64,000 nt of DNA, taken from positions 5,270,001 to 5,334,000 of the forward strand of contig NC_043017.1 of the NCBI RefSeq assembly GCF_006345805.1. Direction: 5' to 3'. This document shows positions 14,587 to 28,356 of this stretch, piece by piece. The position numbers and the translations under genes were made by a program. Numbering within the stretch: the stretch's first letter is position 1; each line of letters opens with the position of its first letter. Below the pieces are notes generated by a model, which saw only the letters and a program-made list of their open reading frames with translations, searched no databases and was not told where the DNA came from. This DNA comes from Octopus sinensis. Lineage: Eukaryota.

Positions 14587-15391
14587 CAAAAACATAGTAA
14601 ATAAACAAATAAATATATACTAAATACACAGGTGAACACACATATATATATGTATACATAAACATACACACCTATATGAAAATATACATATAATTAAGAC
14701 ATGTTTATGAAACAGAAGTATCTACTGTTGAATAGAAAGTACTCAATACATGTGGTAGGGTTGAGCTGAAATGTTTCATATTTGATAAGATCAGCAACTG
14801 CGCTGTGGTCACCATGTTTCGTTATACGTCTCAGCTTGATGAGTTCAAATGAAGTAAGATGTAAATGGGAAATGAATGCACATCGCACGCACGCATGCAC
14901 ACATGCATGTGCACGTGTATGCTGTCTCCCTTTTACTTGTTGCAGTCGAACAAGTCGACCCCTTTACTTATATTCCAGATTTCGTTATTTGTTCCAGCCG
15001 TCTCTTTTTGCCGGTCCACTAGGTACAATGGATGTAAACAAACCAACGACGGTTGACAAGTGGTAGTCAGGAACAAGTACAACACAGCACAACATACACA
15101 AGTGTGTGTGTATTCTTTTACTTGTTTCAGTCATTTGACTGTGGCTATGCTGGAGCACCTTATATGCACACAGACACGGACACATATATATATTTGTACA
15201 TAGTCAGACATGCATAGATATATATATATATGTATATATATACATATATATGTATACACACACACACACATGTATACACTGGTACACACACAGAATTATA
15301 CACATACACACACGATTGTAGTTCCCCAGTGTGGCCCCAGTCTACTGGTCGGAACCAGTCTATATAACTCTGTGTATAGACATATATATTC

Positions 15392-15422
<31 letters not shown>

Positions 15423-16061
15423 TATATTGTGTGTGTGTGTATATATATATCTATATATGTATAAATATATCTATCTGTATACATACATATATATATATAT
15501 ATATGTATGTATATATGTATGTATGTATATATGTATGTATGTATATATGTATGTATGTATGTATATATGTATGTATGTATATATATACATGCACATACAT
15601 ACACGTTTTATGTGAAGATTAAATGTGCGGCCAGCTTCGTTGTAAAGGTCCTGATATGAATATTGATACAGAGAACTTAATGAATATATTATATACCCCC
15701 AACAGAGACACATACACATGCACATATATACACTCAGCTTTTTATATACGAGATGATAACTGTGTAGCCGCCGGAGCAAGCGTAACATATGTAAATATAC
15801 CCAAGGGAACTATTAAATATCAAGAATAGAATATTATTAAAATTGTGTGTGTGTGGTAGGGGTGGTGGTGGGGGGTGGGGGGTGGAAGTGAGATGAAGCA
15901 ACAAAGCTTAACGAACAAACGAAAAGACTTTCATTATTGAAAGCAATGAATAAAATACAAATGATGAAAAAAAAAACAGAAGCTAATCGTAAAACCACAA
16001 CAAAAACTACAAAGGAATTCACATATTTACAAAGTAAAGCTGGAGTATTAAAGATGTAACG

Positions 16062-16099
<38 letters not shown>

Positions 16100-16100
<1 letters not shown>

Positions 16101-16408
16101 GAGGGATTTTTGGGGTTTGAATAATTCACCTCTGGAAACATGGGTGTTTCGTTCAACATCCTTAAACAATCCTTATTCAGGGACCTTTTGAGCGGGATGG
16201 GCTACTCAACCTGAAGAAAATTCTAACTGGGCCCCACCTGCAAGGTCATGTGCTGTTTATCTTGATATGAGATCACCATGTTGCGCACATATGGTTGTGA
16301 TGCATGTGCCTAGTGTACCCTTATCAGATGGGTAGTTATGATGGGTATACTGGGCTTCGTATATTTTACCCCAGTGTCACTTTGATGGCATGCACTGCTC
16401 TCTCACTC

Positions 16409-16440
<32 letters not shown>
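16100..16440 (+). mobile_element. (TAA)n-tailed retroposon family E (GGGGTTTGAATAATTCAC...CTCTCTCACTC)
   Basis: Copies at 43060-43315 (-) and about 59050-59990 (+). Confidence 0.75.
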
Positions 16441-16444
<4 letters not shown>

Positions 16445-16600
16445 CCTTTCTACTAAAAGGATCAAGGCCAGAAATTTTGTGGAAGCGATAAGTTGATTGT
16501 GTCAACCCCAGTGTTTCACTGGTACTTATTTTATCAACCCCCAGGAGGATGAAAGGCAAAAATTAGCCTTGGTGGGATTCGAACTCATAGCGATTATAAT

Positions 16601-16960
16601 AACAAGAGCATTGGGAAGGCGCAAACTTCCGCCAAGGTAACACCAATGGTCCTCTCAATGGTTAGCTGGAGATGATTTTTAAAATGAGAATATCTGAAAT
16701 AAACTTGACTGTTCTGAGAAATGAGAATATTAAAAATGAACCTGACCGCTCTCAAATATTAAGTAAAAAAACACAGGAAAACTAATCCAGAATCCTTGTC
16801 TGGTACCGGAGCGATCCCAAAATCTAATCAGTTTGTGCCAGTTACAAGATCAAGCATCTCTGAAAGTTTCATCCGAATCCATCCAGTGATTCTTGAGATA
16901 TCTTGTCCAGGGACAAACCAGCAAACAATACCTCTACCTTCGCTAAGGTGAAGGTAACAA
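16601..16960 (-). mobile_element. Non-autonomous Helentron/HINE-like element
   Basis: The minus strand starts TTGTTACCTTCACCTTAGCGAAGGTAG (5' hairpin/subterminal repeat) and ends CCTTGGCGGAAGTTTGCGCCTTCCCAATGCTCTTGTT. Confidence 0.5.
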
Positions 16961-19576
16961 TCCTTTCTACTACAGGCACAAGGCCTGGAATTTTGGAGGA
17001 GGGGGTTAAGTCAATTACACTGACCCCTGTACTCTTCAGGTACTTAATTTATTGACCCTGAAAGGATGAAAGGCTAAGTTGACCATGGTGGAATTTGAAC
17101 TTGGAACATAGTGGCAGATGAAATTCCGTTAAGCATTTCACCTGGCGTGCTAACGATTTTGCCAGTTCCTTTCTACTATAGACACAAGGCCTGAAATTTG
17201 TGGGGAGGGGGACTAGTCAGTTACATTGACCCCAGTGTACTCAACTGGTACTCAATTTATTCACTCCGAAAAGATGAACATATGTATATATATATGTGGT
17301 GTGTCTGTGTGTGTATGGCTGTATATGTATGTGTGTGTATGTATATATGTGTGTGAGTGTGTGTATGTTAGTGTCTGGGATAAGTCGATTACATTGCCCC
17401 CCACCCCCCACCCCATTCCAGTGTTGAACTGGTAATAATTTTATTGACCCCCACCCCACCCCCGAAAGGATTAAAAAGCAACGTTGACCAAGGCAGAATT
17501 TGAACTCAGAAAATACCAGCAATAACAACAACGATAATAATAATAATAATAATAATTTATTGAATAATATTCTGACTTCTCGAAGTTTTCATCTCCCTTT
17601 CTCCTCCTCCTCCCGACCAAATTCCGGCCACGCACCGCTAACCTCTGTATCAGATTCTTTATTCGGTACTTAGCGCCATTTACACGTCTAGTTCCACACT
17701 TTATAAAAGCTATTTCTGTTTGGAAACTTGTTGGAGATCAAACTCATTTTGTTGTTTGTCTTGTTGCTTTTCTGTCACATTACTGCGGCGCCTTTTCATA
17801 CCGTTTCTTTGGTATGCTGCCACGAGCGAGTATTTTAATGGCTTTGCTTCACTTCTTCATTTCAAGTGGAATGGTAAGCTTTTCATGTCTAGCGTCATTA
17901 AATGGAAATACTATGCTAATAAGGTATTTGATCTTTTGGTGTTCATTTGAAAAATTCCCTGCAACACCATTCGATGCTTCCTGCCCAGACTTGGTCTCTT
18001 TTCTAGGAATAAAGAAGTTTTAGTGAAAAGTATTGTCTTTTACAGAAACTGTACCTAGCCTTGTTTTATTTCTGATATTGATGCTGACAAAGTTTTGTTA
18101 ATTTGCATTAGTATGCATCGTCATCATCATCATCGTCATCATCATCGTCATCATCATCGCTGTTGTCATCGTCATCTTCATCATTATCATCGTCATCATC
18201 TTCTTCATCATTGCCATAATCATCTTCATGGTTCTGGTCATTATCTCTTTTAATTTGTTTCAGTCATTTGACTGCGGCCATGCTGGAGCACTGCCTTTAG
18301 TCGAGCAAATCGACCCCCAGGACTTATTCTTTGTAAGCCTAGTACTTATCCTAATCGGTCTCTTTTACCAAACCGCCAAGTTACGGGGACGTAAACATAC
18401 CAGCATCGGTTGTCAAGCGATGTTGGTGGGGGACTAACACAAACACACAAACATATATACACACGCACACATATATATATATACATATACACGACGGGCT
18501 TCTTTCAGTTTCCGTCTACCAAATCCACTCTGAAGGCTTTGGTCGGCCGGAGGCTATAGTAGAAGACACTTGCCCAAGGTGCTACGCAGTGGGACTGAAC
18601 CCAGAACCATGTGGTTGGTAAGCAAGCTACTTACCACACAGCTACTCCTGCGCCTCTCCGTAATTTCCATATAAGATAAGCTCTAAATTATCTTCGTTCA
18701 TGCCATCCAGCTCTCTATCATGGTGACCCTTTAAAATCTGTTCAACATGTTGATGCTCACTTATTGTTTCACATTGATGTTGGTAGACAGAAATTGTGTA
18801 GGAGGGAGCTTGTCATCTATATATATATATATATATATACAAATTGAGATAGGGGTTGTAAATGCAACCCTCTATGGGATAACATATATCCAATATACTG
18901 CTAGTGAAGTACCCAACAAAGTTAATACATAAATGTCAATGATTGCGATGCAAGATATATATATATGTATATGTATATATAGTCAATTTAAATAATCAAT
19001 TCAGGTAAACAAATGAAATTAACGGATGACAAGAGGGCATACATACATATATATACATGTACATGTGTGTGTCTTTGTGTTTGTTTCACCACCACGACCA
19101 CCACCATTTGACAACCGGTGTTGGTTTGTTTGCATCCCAATAACTTAACAGTTCAGCGAAAGAGACCAATAGAATAAGTAACAGACTGAATAGAAAAAAA
19201 AACAAAAAACCCCCAAAAACGCCAGACTGGGCTCCATCTGTTGCACTAAACCCCTTCGAGGCAGTGCCCCTGCATGGCTGCCATCCAATGATTGAAAGTT
19301 TCAAACGATAAAAAGATAAGGAAAGAACTTCCTTCCTGCCCCCCAACCCTATCCATCAGATTGGCCAATCATCTTTCTGTTTTTAATTATTAACACAATT
19401 AAGAAGCGATATTTCAAATAATCCAGCTTCACTCAGAGCAATGTCTAATATTTCTCTTCATATCTCTGCTAGGAAAAGATAATCATCACATCTTTCTCTA
19501 AACCGTTATTTAAATTAACTATTTTTATTATTTATTATTTTTTTTTTTATCTGCATATAATTACTGCTATTTTCAG

Positions 19577-19586
19577 GAGTGGAATG
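19577..19586 (+). other. Candidate 10-nt microexon GAGTGGAATG
   Basis: ctgcatataattactgctattttcag|GAGTGGAATG|gtaagc in unique T-rich sequence, with upstream TGC motifs. Confidence 0.3.
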
Positions 19587-20127
19587 GTAAGCACCACTTG
19601 AATACATTATCTTAGACTAAATTTGTTGAACTCTGCCTGATTTCTAATTCCTTTATTTTTCTCTTCAACAATAAAATAAAAACAAAATAAAATAAAATAA
19701 AAGTTCTCTGATATATATCAGTTCTGATGTATATAAGTTCTCTGATGTATATCAGAAAGATATAATATTCTAAGTGGTACTGGCAGCTATTTTATAGACA
19801 ATACTAAAATTATTGTTCGTGCTTCTAGGATGGTGCTCCAACCACACACACACACACACACACTCTTTGTCTCTATACTCTTTGTTGCTGTTTTAAAAAC
19901 AAATAATTTCTACCATACAGTTTAACTTCATCATTGTCATCATCATCATCATCCTCATCATCATTTAACTTCTGCTTTTCCATGCTTGCATGGGTCGTAG
20001 CTGGATGCTCTTCCTGTTGCCAACCCTCATCAATTTCCATATATACAGGAATCAAATTTGCATTGAGGGTGCAAATCCAGGTCCCAAAATTTTTACAAAC
20101 AAGGCTGATTTTTCCCAATCTTTATTA

Positions 20128-20158
<31 letters not shown>

Positions 20159-20545
20159 AGGCGTAGGAGTGGCTGTGTGGTAAGTAGCTTGCTTACAAAC
20201 CACATGGTTCTGGGTTCAGTCCCACTGCATGGCACCTTGGGCAAGTGTCTTCTACTATAGCCTCGGGCCGACCAAAGCCTTGTGAGTGGATTTGGTAGAC
20301 AGAAACTGAAAGAAGTCCGTCGTATATATGTATATATATGTGTTTGTGTGTCTGTATTTGTCCTCCCAACATCGCTTGACAATCAATGCTGGTGTGTTTA
20401 CGTCCCCATAACTTAGCGGTTTGACAAAAGAGACCGATAGAGTAAGTAGTTGGCTTACAAAGAATAAGTCTGGGCTCGATTTGCTCGACTAAAGGCGATG
20501 CTCCAGCATGGCCACAGTCAAATGACTGAAACAAGTAAAAGAGTA

Positions 20546-20602
<57 letters not shown>

Positions 20603-21244
20603 GTTATTACATTTGTACATCAGTCAAAACATATAAATCCAATAATGGAAAAGTAATGTTTCAAACCAGTTCAAAAATATTTCTTCGCTTGTTCACTTTG
20701 GCGATGAAGTTTCTCAGAAGGTTATTCAAAGCATTTTCTTTGCACATGCCCACAAAGAGATTTTGGGGAGTGTGCTCACAGCCCCTGTTCTCAAGTCTGT
20801 AACTGTTTCCTGGTAAGGTTTTATTTCCCCATGGTCAGACATGTTTTCCATGGAAGACTGAAAATTAACAACACTGCTTGTATAACAGGGATGCTTGTTT
20901 ACAACCATCACATGATGTCAAGACAAGGTTACATATAAACCCATGTAAATATATTTTCAAAGTGCTTCTTTCAGTTTCCGTCTACCAAATTCTATCAAGG
21001 GTTTTAGTCAGCCCAGGGCTATAGTGGAAAACACTTGCCCAAGATGCCATGAAGTAGAATTGAACCCAAGAACATGTGGTTTGGCAGTAAGCTTCTTAAT
21101 CACACAGCTGCACCTGTGCTTCTATAACGTAAAGAGCCAAATGGCAAGAAAAATAATTAGCAGTAATTATAATTCTTAGCAAGTAGGTCGAGAGAGAGAA
21201 CAAGACATATAAAGGAGGATATGTTTAATAGGAAAGGGGTATAA

Positions 21245-21284
21245 CTCTGAACATGTTTCAGTCTTATTAGAAGTCTTCAGCGAG
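21245..21284 (-). ncRNA. Degenerate hammerhead-like motif
   Basis: CUCG CUGAAGA cuucuaauaagacu GAA ACAUGU U CAGAG. Palindromic stem III; stems I and II are imperfect. Confidence 0.4.
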
Positions 21285-23886
21285 GTACACACTAATATCT
21301 AACTACTAGATTAAGCCTATTACCTACAGTTTAATACATAACTGTATTACATATGTTTAATACATACAGTGACTGACTGTGTAATGTGTATGAACATTAT
21401 TTGAAATATTGATATTGGATAATTTAGCTGGGATGCATTCTGCATAAAGAACATACAGTTAAGTGTAGGTTACATATATGTATGAGGCAGGGAAACGAAA
21501 ATAACTTTAAGCTTTTTGAAATTATATCCATAATGAGATACCGAAAAAAAGTCTGCACCAATGTCACAGTCTGCTAGCAGAAGTTCCTTATGCCCTGGTG
21601 TTCTTTAAATCAACGCAGAATACGGTAATGTTAGAACTGGCCCCAAAGTTAAAGACATTATTGAGGCGCCAAAATAACCAATTTGTAAGAACTTATACCT
21701 TATTTCATTCTACATCATTATATTTATGTTTTGTTGTTGGTTCTTTTTTTTTAATTTAAAAAAATTTTTTTTTTTACATTTTAAAAGAGTGTTTACAGCC
21801 TTAAAAGCTAATCTTGCAGGCTGCCATAAATCTTGTTGTGTATGGCGCCCGGCCATATTTGGTAGAAATCTGGTGATATATAATCCCTTAAGTTCTGATA
21901 TTTGGTAACTCCCTCACCCTAACCCAACGCACTTTCTATACCTCTCCCTTAACACTCTCTCTCTCTTTCACCCTAAATACTCGTCCTTTTTCTCTCGTAA
22001 TATGTAATATGTATGCATGTGCGTGTGTCTGTGTGTCTTTTAGTCATGTTTCCCCTGACACGATCCAACTGAGCTTTGACACCTGAACTTTTAATCCAAA
22101 GGTATAGAGCCATATGGTATTAATGTCTTCATATAATTCTTACTGCCGTTAATTATCTAGCCAACCACCCCCACCTTCTACACACCCACACCCTTGCACA
22201 CACTCCAAAAATTTAATTACATACGATTTAAAATTATCTTCATTTTACATCTGTTTTCCATGCTGGCATGGGTTGGACTATATGTATGTGTATATATGTA
22301 TATATATGTGTGTGTGTGTGTGTTTGTATATCAGAGGGATATAATGTTCTAAGTGGTGCCAGCGTTCTTTATATTCACTCTAATGTGCTAGCTGAATGCA
22401 AGGTAAGGGGACCAGCCCATAGCCTAATGATTTCGTTCTTGGTTATAGGTTTTTCGCAGGCATGGCTGTGTGGTAAGAAGTGTGGATGTGTAGCAAGAAG
22501 TGCCTTCATACCTTGAGCAAGTGTCTTCTACTATATAGCCTCAGGCCGACCAAAGCCTTGTGAGTGGATTTGGTAAGCAGAAACTGAAAGAAGCCTATGG
22601 AGACCTATTGAGTCAAGTACATTAACACCAACATCAAAATGAAAATGAAATGGGAATTATAGTTAAGATACCCATGCCGGTGACATGTTAAAAGCACCAT
22701 CCGAATGTGGCAGTTGCCAGCGCCGCCTGACTGGCGTCCGTGTCAGTGACACGTAAAAGCACCAACCAGTTGACACATAAAAGCACCAACCAATTGACAC
22801 ATAAAAGCACCAACCAATTGACACATAAAAGCACCAACCGATTGTGGCCGTTTCCCACCCTCATCTGGCCCTTGTGCCGGTGGCACGTGAAAAGCACCCA
22901 CTTCACTCACGGAGTGTTTGGCGTTAGGAAGGGCATCCAGCTGTAGAAACACTGCCAGATCTGACTGACCTGGTGCAGCCTTCAGGCGTCCCAGACCCCA
23001 GTCGAACCGTCCAACCCATGCTAGCATGGAAAACGGATGTTGAACGATGATGATGATGATGTGTGTGTGTCTTTGTGACTGGGTTTGTTCCCCACCACCA
23101 CTTGATAAGTGGTGTTGGTGTGCTTAGCAGTTTGGCAAACAAGACTAATAGAATAAGTACCAGGTTTAGAAAATCAAATGCTAGTGTTGATGCATTCGAC
23201 TAAACATTTGTCAAGGCAGTGCTCCAGCATGGCCACAGTCTAATGACTGAAACAAGGAAAAGACTAAACAAAGCTTTATTAGAGACAGAACACTTCTATG
23301 TGGGTTCCTTCTATTGGTTGCATGCAAACTACTGAGTTGCCCCCCCCCCCCTTTTTTCCCCCTGAATTTTTTTCAAATTGTAAACATAAAATGTGGGCTT
23401 ACTCTTTCACTTGTTTCAGTCATTTGACTGCGGCCATGCTGGAGCACCGCCTTTAGTTGAGCAAATCGACCTCATGACTTATTCTTTGTAAGCCTAGTAC
23501 TTCTTCTATTGGTCTCTTTTGCTAAACTGTTAAGTTACGGGGACGTAAACACACCAGCATCGGTTGTCAAGCGATGTTTGAGGGACAAACACAGACACAC
23601 AAACACACACATATATATATACATATATACGATGGGCTTCTTTTAGTTTCCATCTACCAAATCCACTCACAAGGTTTTGGGAGGTCCGAGGCTATAGTAG
23701 AAGACACTTGCCCAAGGTGTCACGCAGTGGGACTGAACCTGGAACTATGTGGTTGGTAAGCAAGCTACTTACCACACAGCCACTCCTCTGAACCTTTTTT
23801 TGTTTTGTTTTTCCTGCTCTAAGTACAATTCTTCTGTGTCTGGATTTGAAACCCTGTTATCTGTTGATGTTTTCTGCTTGTTTCAG

Positions 23887-24111
23887 ATCAATCATTAGCT
23901 CAAGAATACGGACGTCTCGTTCCCATGAGTCCCTGCTGACGAATCAGTCGAACATGCACAACATCGAGCTAAACAACACAGGAAGATTGGACATAAGGCC
24001 TGTTCACAACAGCCTTCTGGGACAGAATGAATGCTTCAGCATCCCAACCCAGACTGGCAACATGTATTACTCTTGTAAGAACAAAGAAGAACAAAGATCC
24101 TGGGTCGATAG
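23887..24111 (+). CDS. RasGAP exon, PH domain C-terminal half ([17 protein letters not shown]...[14 protein letters not shown]...[14 protein letters not shown])
   Basis: tttcag| acceptor, |gtgagt donor, 225 nt, phase 2-2. Matches the SRSHESLL / HSSILGQ..CFEV / ERDKW pattern of nGAP and DAB2IP. Confidence 0.93.
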
Positions 24112-27109
24112 GTGAGTAAACCTGCTTTCTCCTTTTATGTGTGCACGTGTGTGCTTATTCGGTGAGCTGTCAGAGTTGCTATCGTGCCATGCAAATGCAA
24201 AATGCTTAGTGGCACTTCATCTGTCTTCACATTGTGGGGCCCAAATGCCGCCAAGGGTGACTTTACCTGTCATTCTCTCAGGGTTGATAAGTACCAGTTA
24301 AAAGGCGGTGAGCTGGCAGAAACGTTAGCACGCCGAGCAAAATGCGTAGCCGTATTTCGTCTGCCGGTATGTTCTGAGTCCAAATTCCGCCGAGGTCGAC
24401 TTTGCCTTTCATCCTTTCGGGGTCAATTAAATAAGTACCAGTTATGCACTGGAGTCGATATAATCAACTTAATCCGTTTGTCTGTTAAAAAATGCTACCT
24501 CTCAGTGTAAGATGAGTGTTTCGCAGTGAATAAACATTTGTCTTGTGATTGAATCATGATGACGAAATCTTCCATAATAAAAGAAATTTAAAAACCACAT
24601 TTTGATAAAAATATACTAAAATTGGAATTTGCAAGAATTTTTAGACAATGAAGACTTTAATAATTGCTTTCTTTCTTGATAACTAAATTAATATATTACA
24701 GAGATGTACTTGCATAGCAAGTGGCTTGATCTGAGATCATGTGCTGAAACAAAAACAATTGCAGCATGGAAGATGCTTATAAGTAATTTAAGAACACACA
24801 GAAACCATTAGTTTCACTTCAACATTTAAATTTAATTTGGGTCAAAATATTTTTTTTTGCTTTGAAACCACAACCTGCTCACTGACAAAACTTCACAACT
24901 TTCTTTATTATAGTTCTATATTTAAGAGATGAGGAATTATGTACATTATTTACATTATTTCCATTATTTACATTTGACAGATATTTGTCCTCATCTTGTT
25001 TGTTATTAACACAACGTTTCGGCTGATATACCCTCCAGCCTTCATCAGGTGTCTTGGGGAAATTTGAACCTGGGTTCTCATTCCTAGGGTATTTTTCGAT
25101 GTTATTATTATTATTATTATTGTTCAGGTCACTGCTTGGAATCGAACTCGGAATCTTGGGGCTAGTAGCCTGCACTCTTAACCACTACGCCATATGCCAC
25201 TTCTTTATTACAGTACAGATAGTACCAAACATTAAAGATGCAATAGATAGATAATTCAGAATTAGGTTAGTAAAAAAAATGTAAGATGGCAACAGGATTA
25301 TAGTGCTAAGATAAACCCCGTTAACACCAGGTGATGGTGATGGGGGAGTGTAATGGTTTTGCTTGGTTCATAAACAATTTCCATCTGCAGACACTTGATT
25401 GTTTGAGTGGTCATCAGATGGATGGAGAGGAACGGCACTTAGATTCTGTAGACAAAATAACCATCCCAGTCATACTTGTGCAAAAATGGGGAGAAATGGA
25501 AGTTTTAAAACATATAAATTTACACAGAGTGGTTGTGTGATAAGTAGCTTGCTTACCAACCACATGGTTCCGGGTTCAGTCCCACTGCATGGCACCTTGG
25601 GCATTCTTTTTCTACTATAGCCTTGGGCCGACCAAAGCCATGTGAGTGGATTTAGTTGATGGAAACTGAAAAAAACCCATCATATGTGTGTGCGTGTATG
25701 TGTGTGTGTATGTTTTTGTGTCTGTGTTTGTCCTCCCCAACATCGCTTGACAGCTGATGCTGGTATGTTTATGTACCCGTAACTTAGCAGTTCGGCAAAA
25801 GAGACCGATGGAATAAGTACTAGGCTTACAAAGAATAAGTCTTGGGGTCTATTTGCTCAACTAATGGTGGTGCTCCAGCATGGCCACAGGCGCTTGATGT
25901 AGGCTTCTTTGTTGAGTGTGAGGCCATGTGGGAAGATGAATGAAATCATAACATTGCCATCACTAGTGATTACTCCAAACACCATATGTTGACTGGATGT
26001 TTGATTTCTCATCACTCTCGGTACATGCACTGTCCTCGGATTGATGTCCAAACACTCTGAAATGGTCATACTGGAGCCCCCGGTGCAAATACAAAGCAGT
26101 ACAGCATGTTTCCAAATTTCTGACACAATGGTGCACAATAGGCGCAGGAGTGGCTGTGTGGTAAGTAGCTTGCTAACCAACCACATGGTTCCGGGTTCAG
26201 TCCCACTACGTGGCAACTTGGGCAAGTGTCTTCTGCTATAGCCCCGGGCCGACCAATGCCTTGTGAGTGGATTTGGTAGACAGAAACTGAAAGAAGCCCG
26301 TCGTATATATGTATATATATATATAAGTGTGTGTGTATATGTTTGTGTGTCTGTGTTTGTCCCCCTAGCATTGCTTGACAACCGATGCTGGTGTGTTTAC
26401 GTCCCCGTCACTTAGCGGTTCAGCAAAAGAGACCGATAGAATAAGTACTGGGCTTACAAAGAATAAGTTCCGGGGTCGATTTGCTCGACTAAAGGCGGTG
26501 CTCCAGCATGGCCACAGTCAAATGACTGAAACAAGTAAAAAAGTAAAAGAGTAAAGAGAGTAATGAATTGTGCTATAGTGTTGTTTTTCTCACAGACGGT
26601 GCCCAACTGACCCTACTATACTGTGTAATTTACAAAATCAAAATCGAACAATGTGCATGCATGAAATTGAAAATGTAAAATGGGGACAATTTACCCATCA
26701 CACCCTGTATTTGGCAGGTTTTTTTACAGCTGGGTACCCTTCCTAGCACCAACCACTAAACAAAGCACTAAGTCCACTCTGCTGAGTGGTTGATGTTAGG
26801 AAGGGCATCCAGTCATAAGAATCCTACTGAAACAGTCACAGAAGTCTGGTGCAGGCTTTTGCCTGGCTGGCTCTTGTGGAACTGTCCCATCCATGCTAGC
26901 ATGGAATACGGATGTTAAATGATGATGTATTACTACATATATATGTGTGTGTGTATATATAAATAGTTATATGTACATATATGTATGCATATGTATATAC
27001 CTATGTATGTATATATGTATGTGTATGTATGTATATATATATATATATATGTATGTATATGTATATATGTATGTATGTATATGTATGTATGTATATGTAC
27101 ATATACATG

Positions 27110-27152
<43 letters not shown>

Positions 27153-27711
27153 TATATATATATGTATGTATGTATATGTATATATGTATGTATATGTACA
27201 TATGTGTGTGTGTATGTATGTATGTATGCATATTATTGCACATTTAAACATACATATACATGCATACACACACACAGTTGAAAAAAGTGAATCTTATTCC
27301 CTCATCCGAAGCATTTTTGGGTCATTTTTACCGTTAGCAAAATAAATCATCTTAAAATTGTTAATAATAATAATGATGATGATGATGATGATGGTGATAA
27401 TAATGATAATTGTAGAAATGTTCATTGTTTTGTATAAATGGTATTGAAGACAAGACGGAAACACTTTTATCTACTTCTGTGAGAGTAGTTAAGTGGCTTT
27501 AGAATACACTTGAGGAAACGAACTTTCCAAATTTTCTAAATATGGTCAGAAAACTGATTTGTTCTGTTATTTGAGGAAGATATTTTTTTTTGTTTCATGT
27601 TTAAATAGGTTAAGTAGTGCAGGAGAAGTTGGTTGGGAAACAAAGCACTGAAAGGATGGGCTGAGAGATCTGCATTAAAGCTGAGCACACTAGCTTCTAT
27701 GGCAGACACAC

Positions 27712-27765
<54 letters not shown>

Positions 27766-27772
27766 TATATAA

Positions 27773-27809
<37 letters not shown>

Positions 27810-28113
27810 ATATATATATATGTGTATATATATATGTGTATATATATATGTATATATATATATATATGTATATATATATTATGTATATATATATATGTGT
27901 ATATATATATGTATATATATATATAGTATATGTATATATATGTATATGTTATATATGTATATGTATGTATATGTATATGTATGTATATGTATATATATGT
28001 ATATGTATATATATGTATATGTATATATATGTATATGTTATATATGTATATGTATATATATGTATATGTATATATATGTATATATATATATATATATGTA
28101 TTATATATATATG

Positions 28114-28198
<85 letters not shown>

Positions 28199-28316
28199 GT
28201 ATGTATATATATGTATTATATATATATATGTATATATAATATATATATGTTATATATATATATGTATATATATATATGTATATATATGTATATATACATA
28301 TATGTATATATATATG

Positions 28317-28356
<40 letters not shown>

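Noticed and set aside
1-23886. Upstream RasGAP exon with the KRTKS motif
   Set aside because: Searched by eye and not found. It probably lies upstream of the window, although a short exon could have been missed.
25126-25198. Functional tRNA gene (also the heads of SINE families A and C)
   Set aside because: A and B boxes are present, but the acceptor and anticodon stems do not pair and each head is attached to a repeat body.
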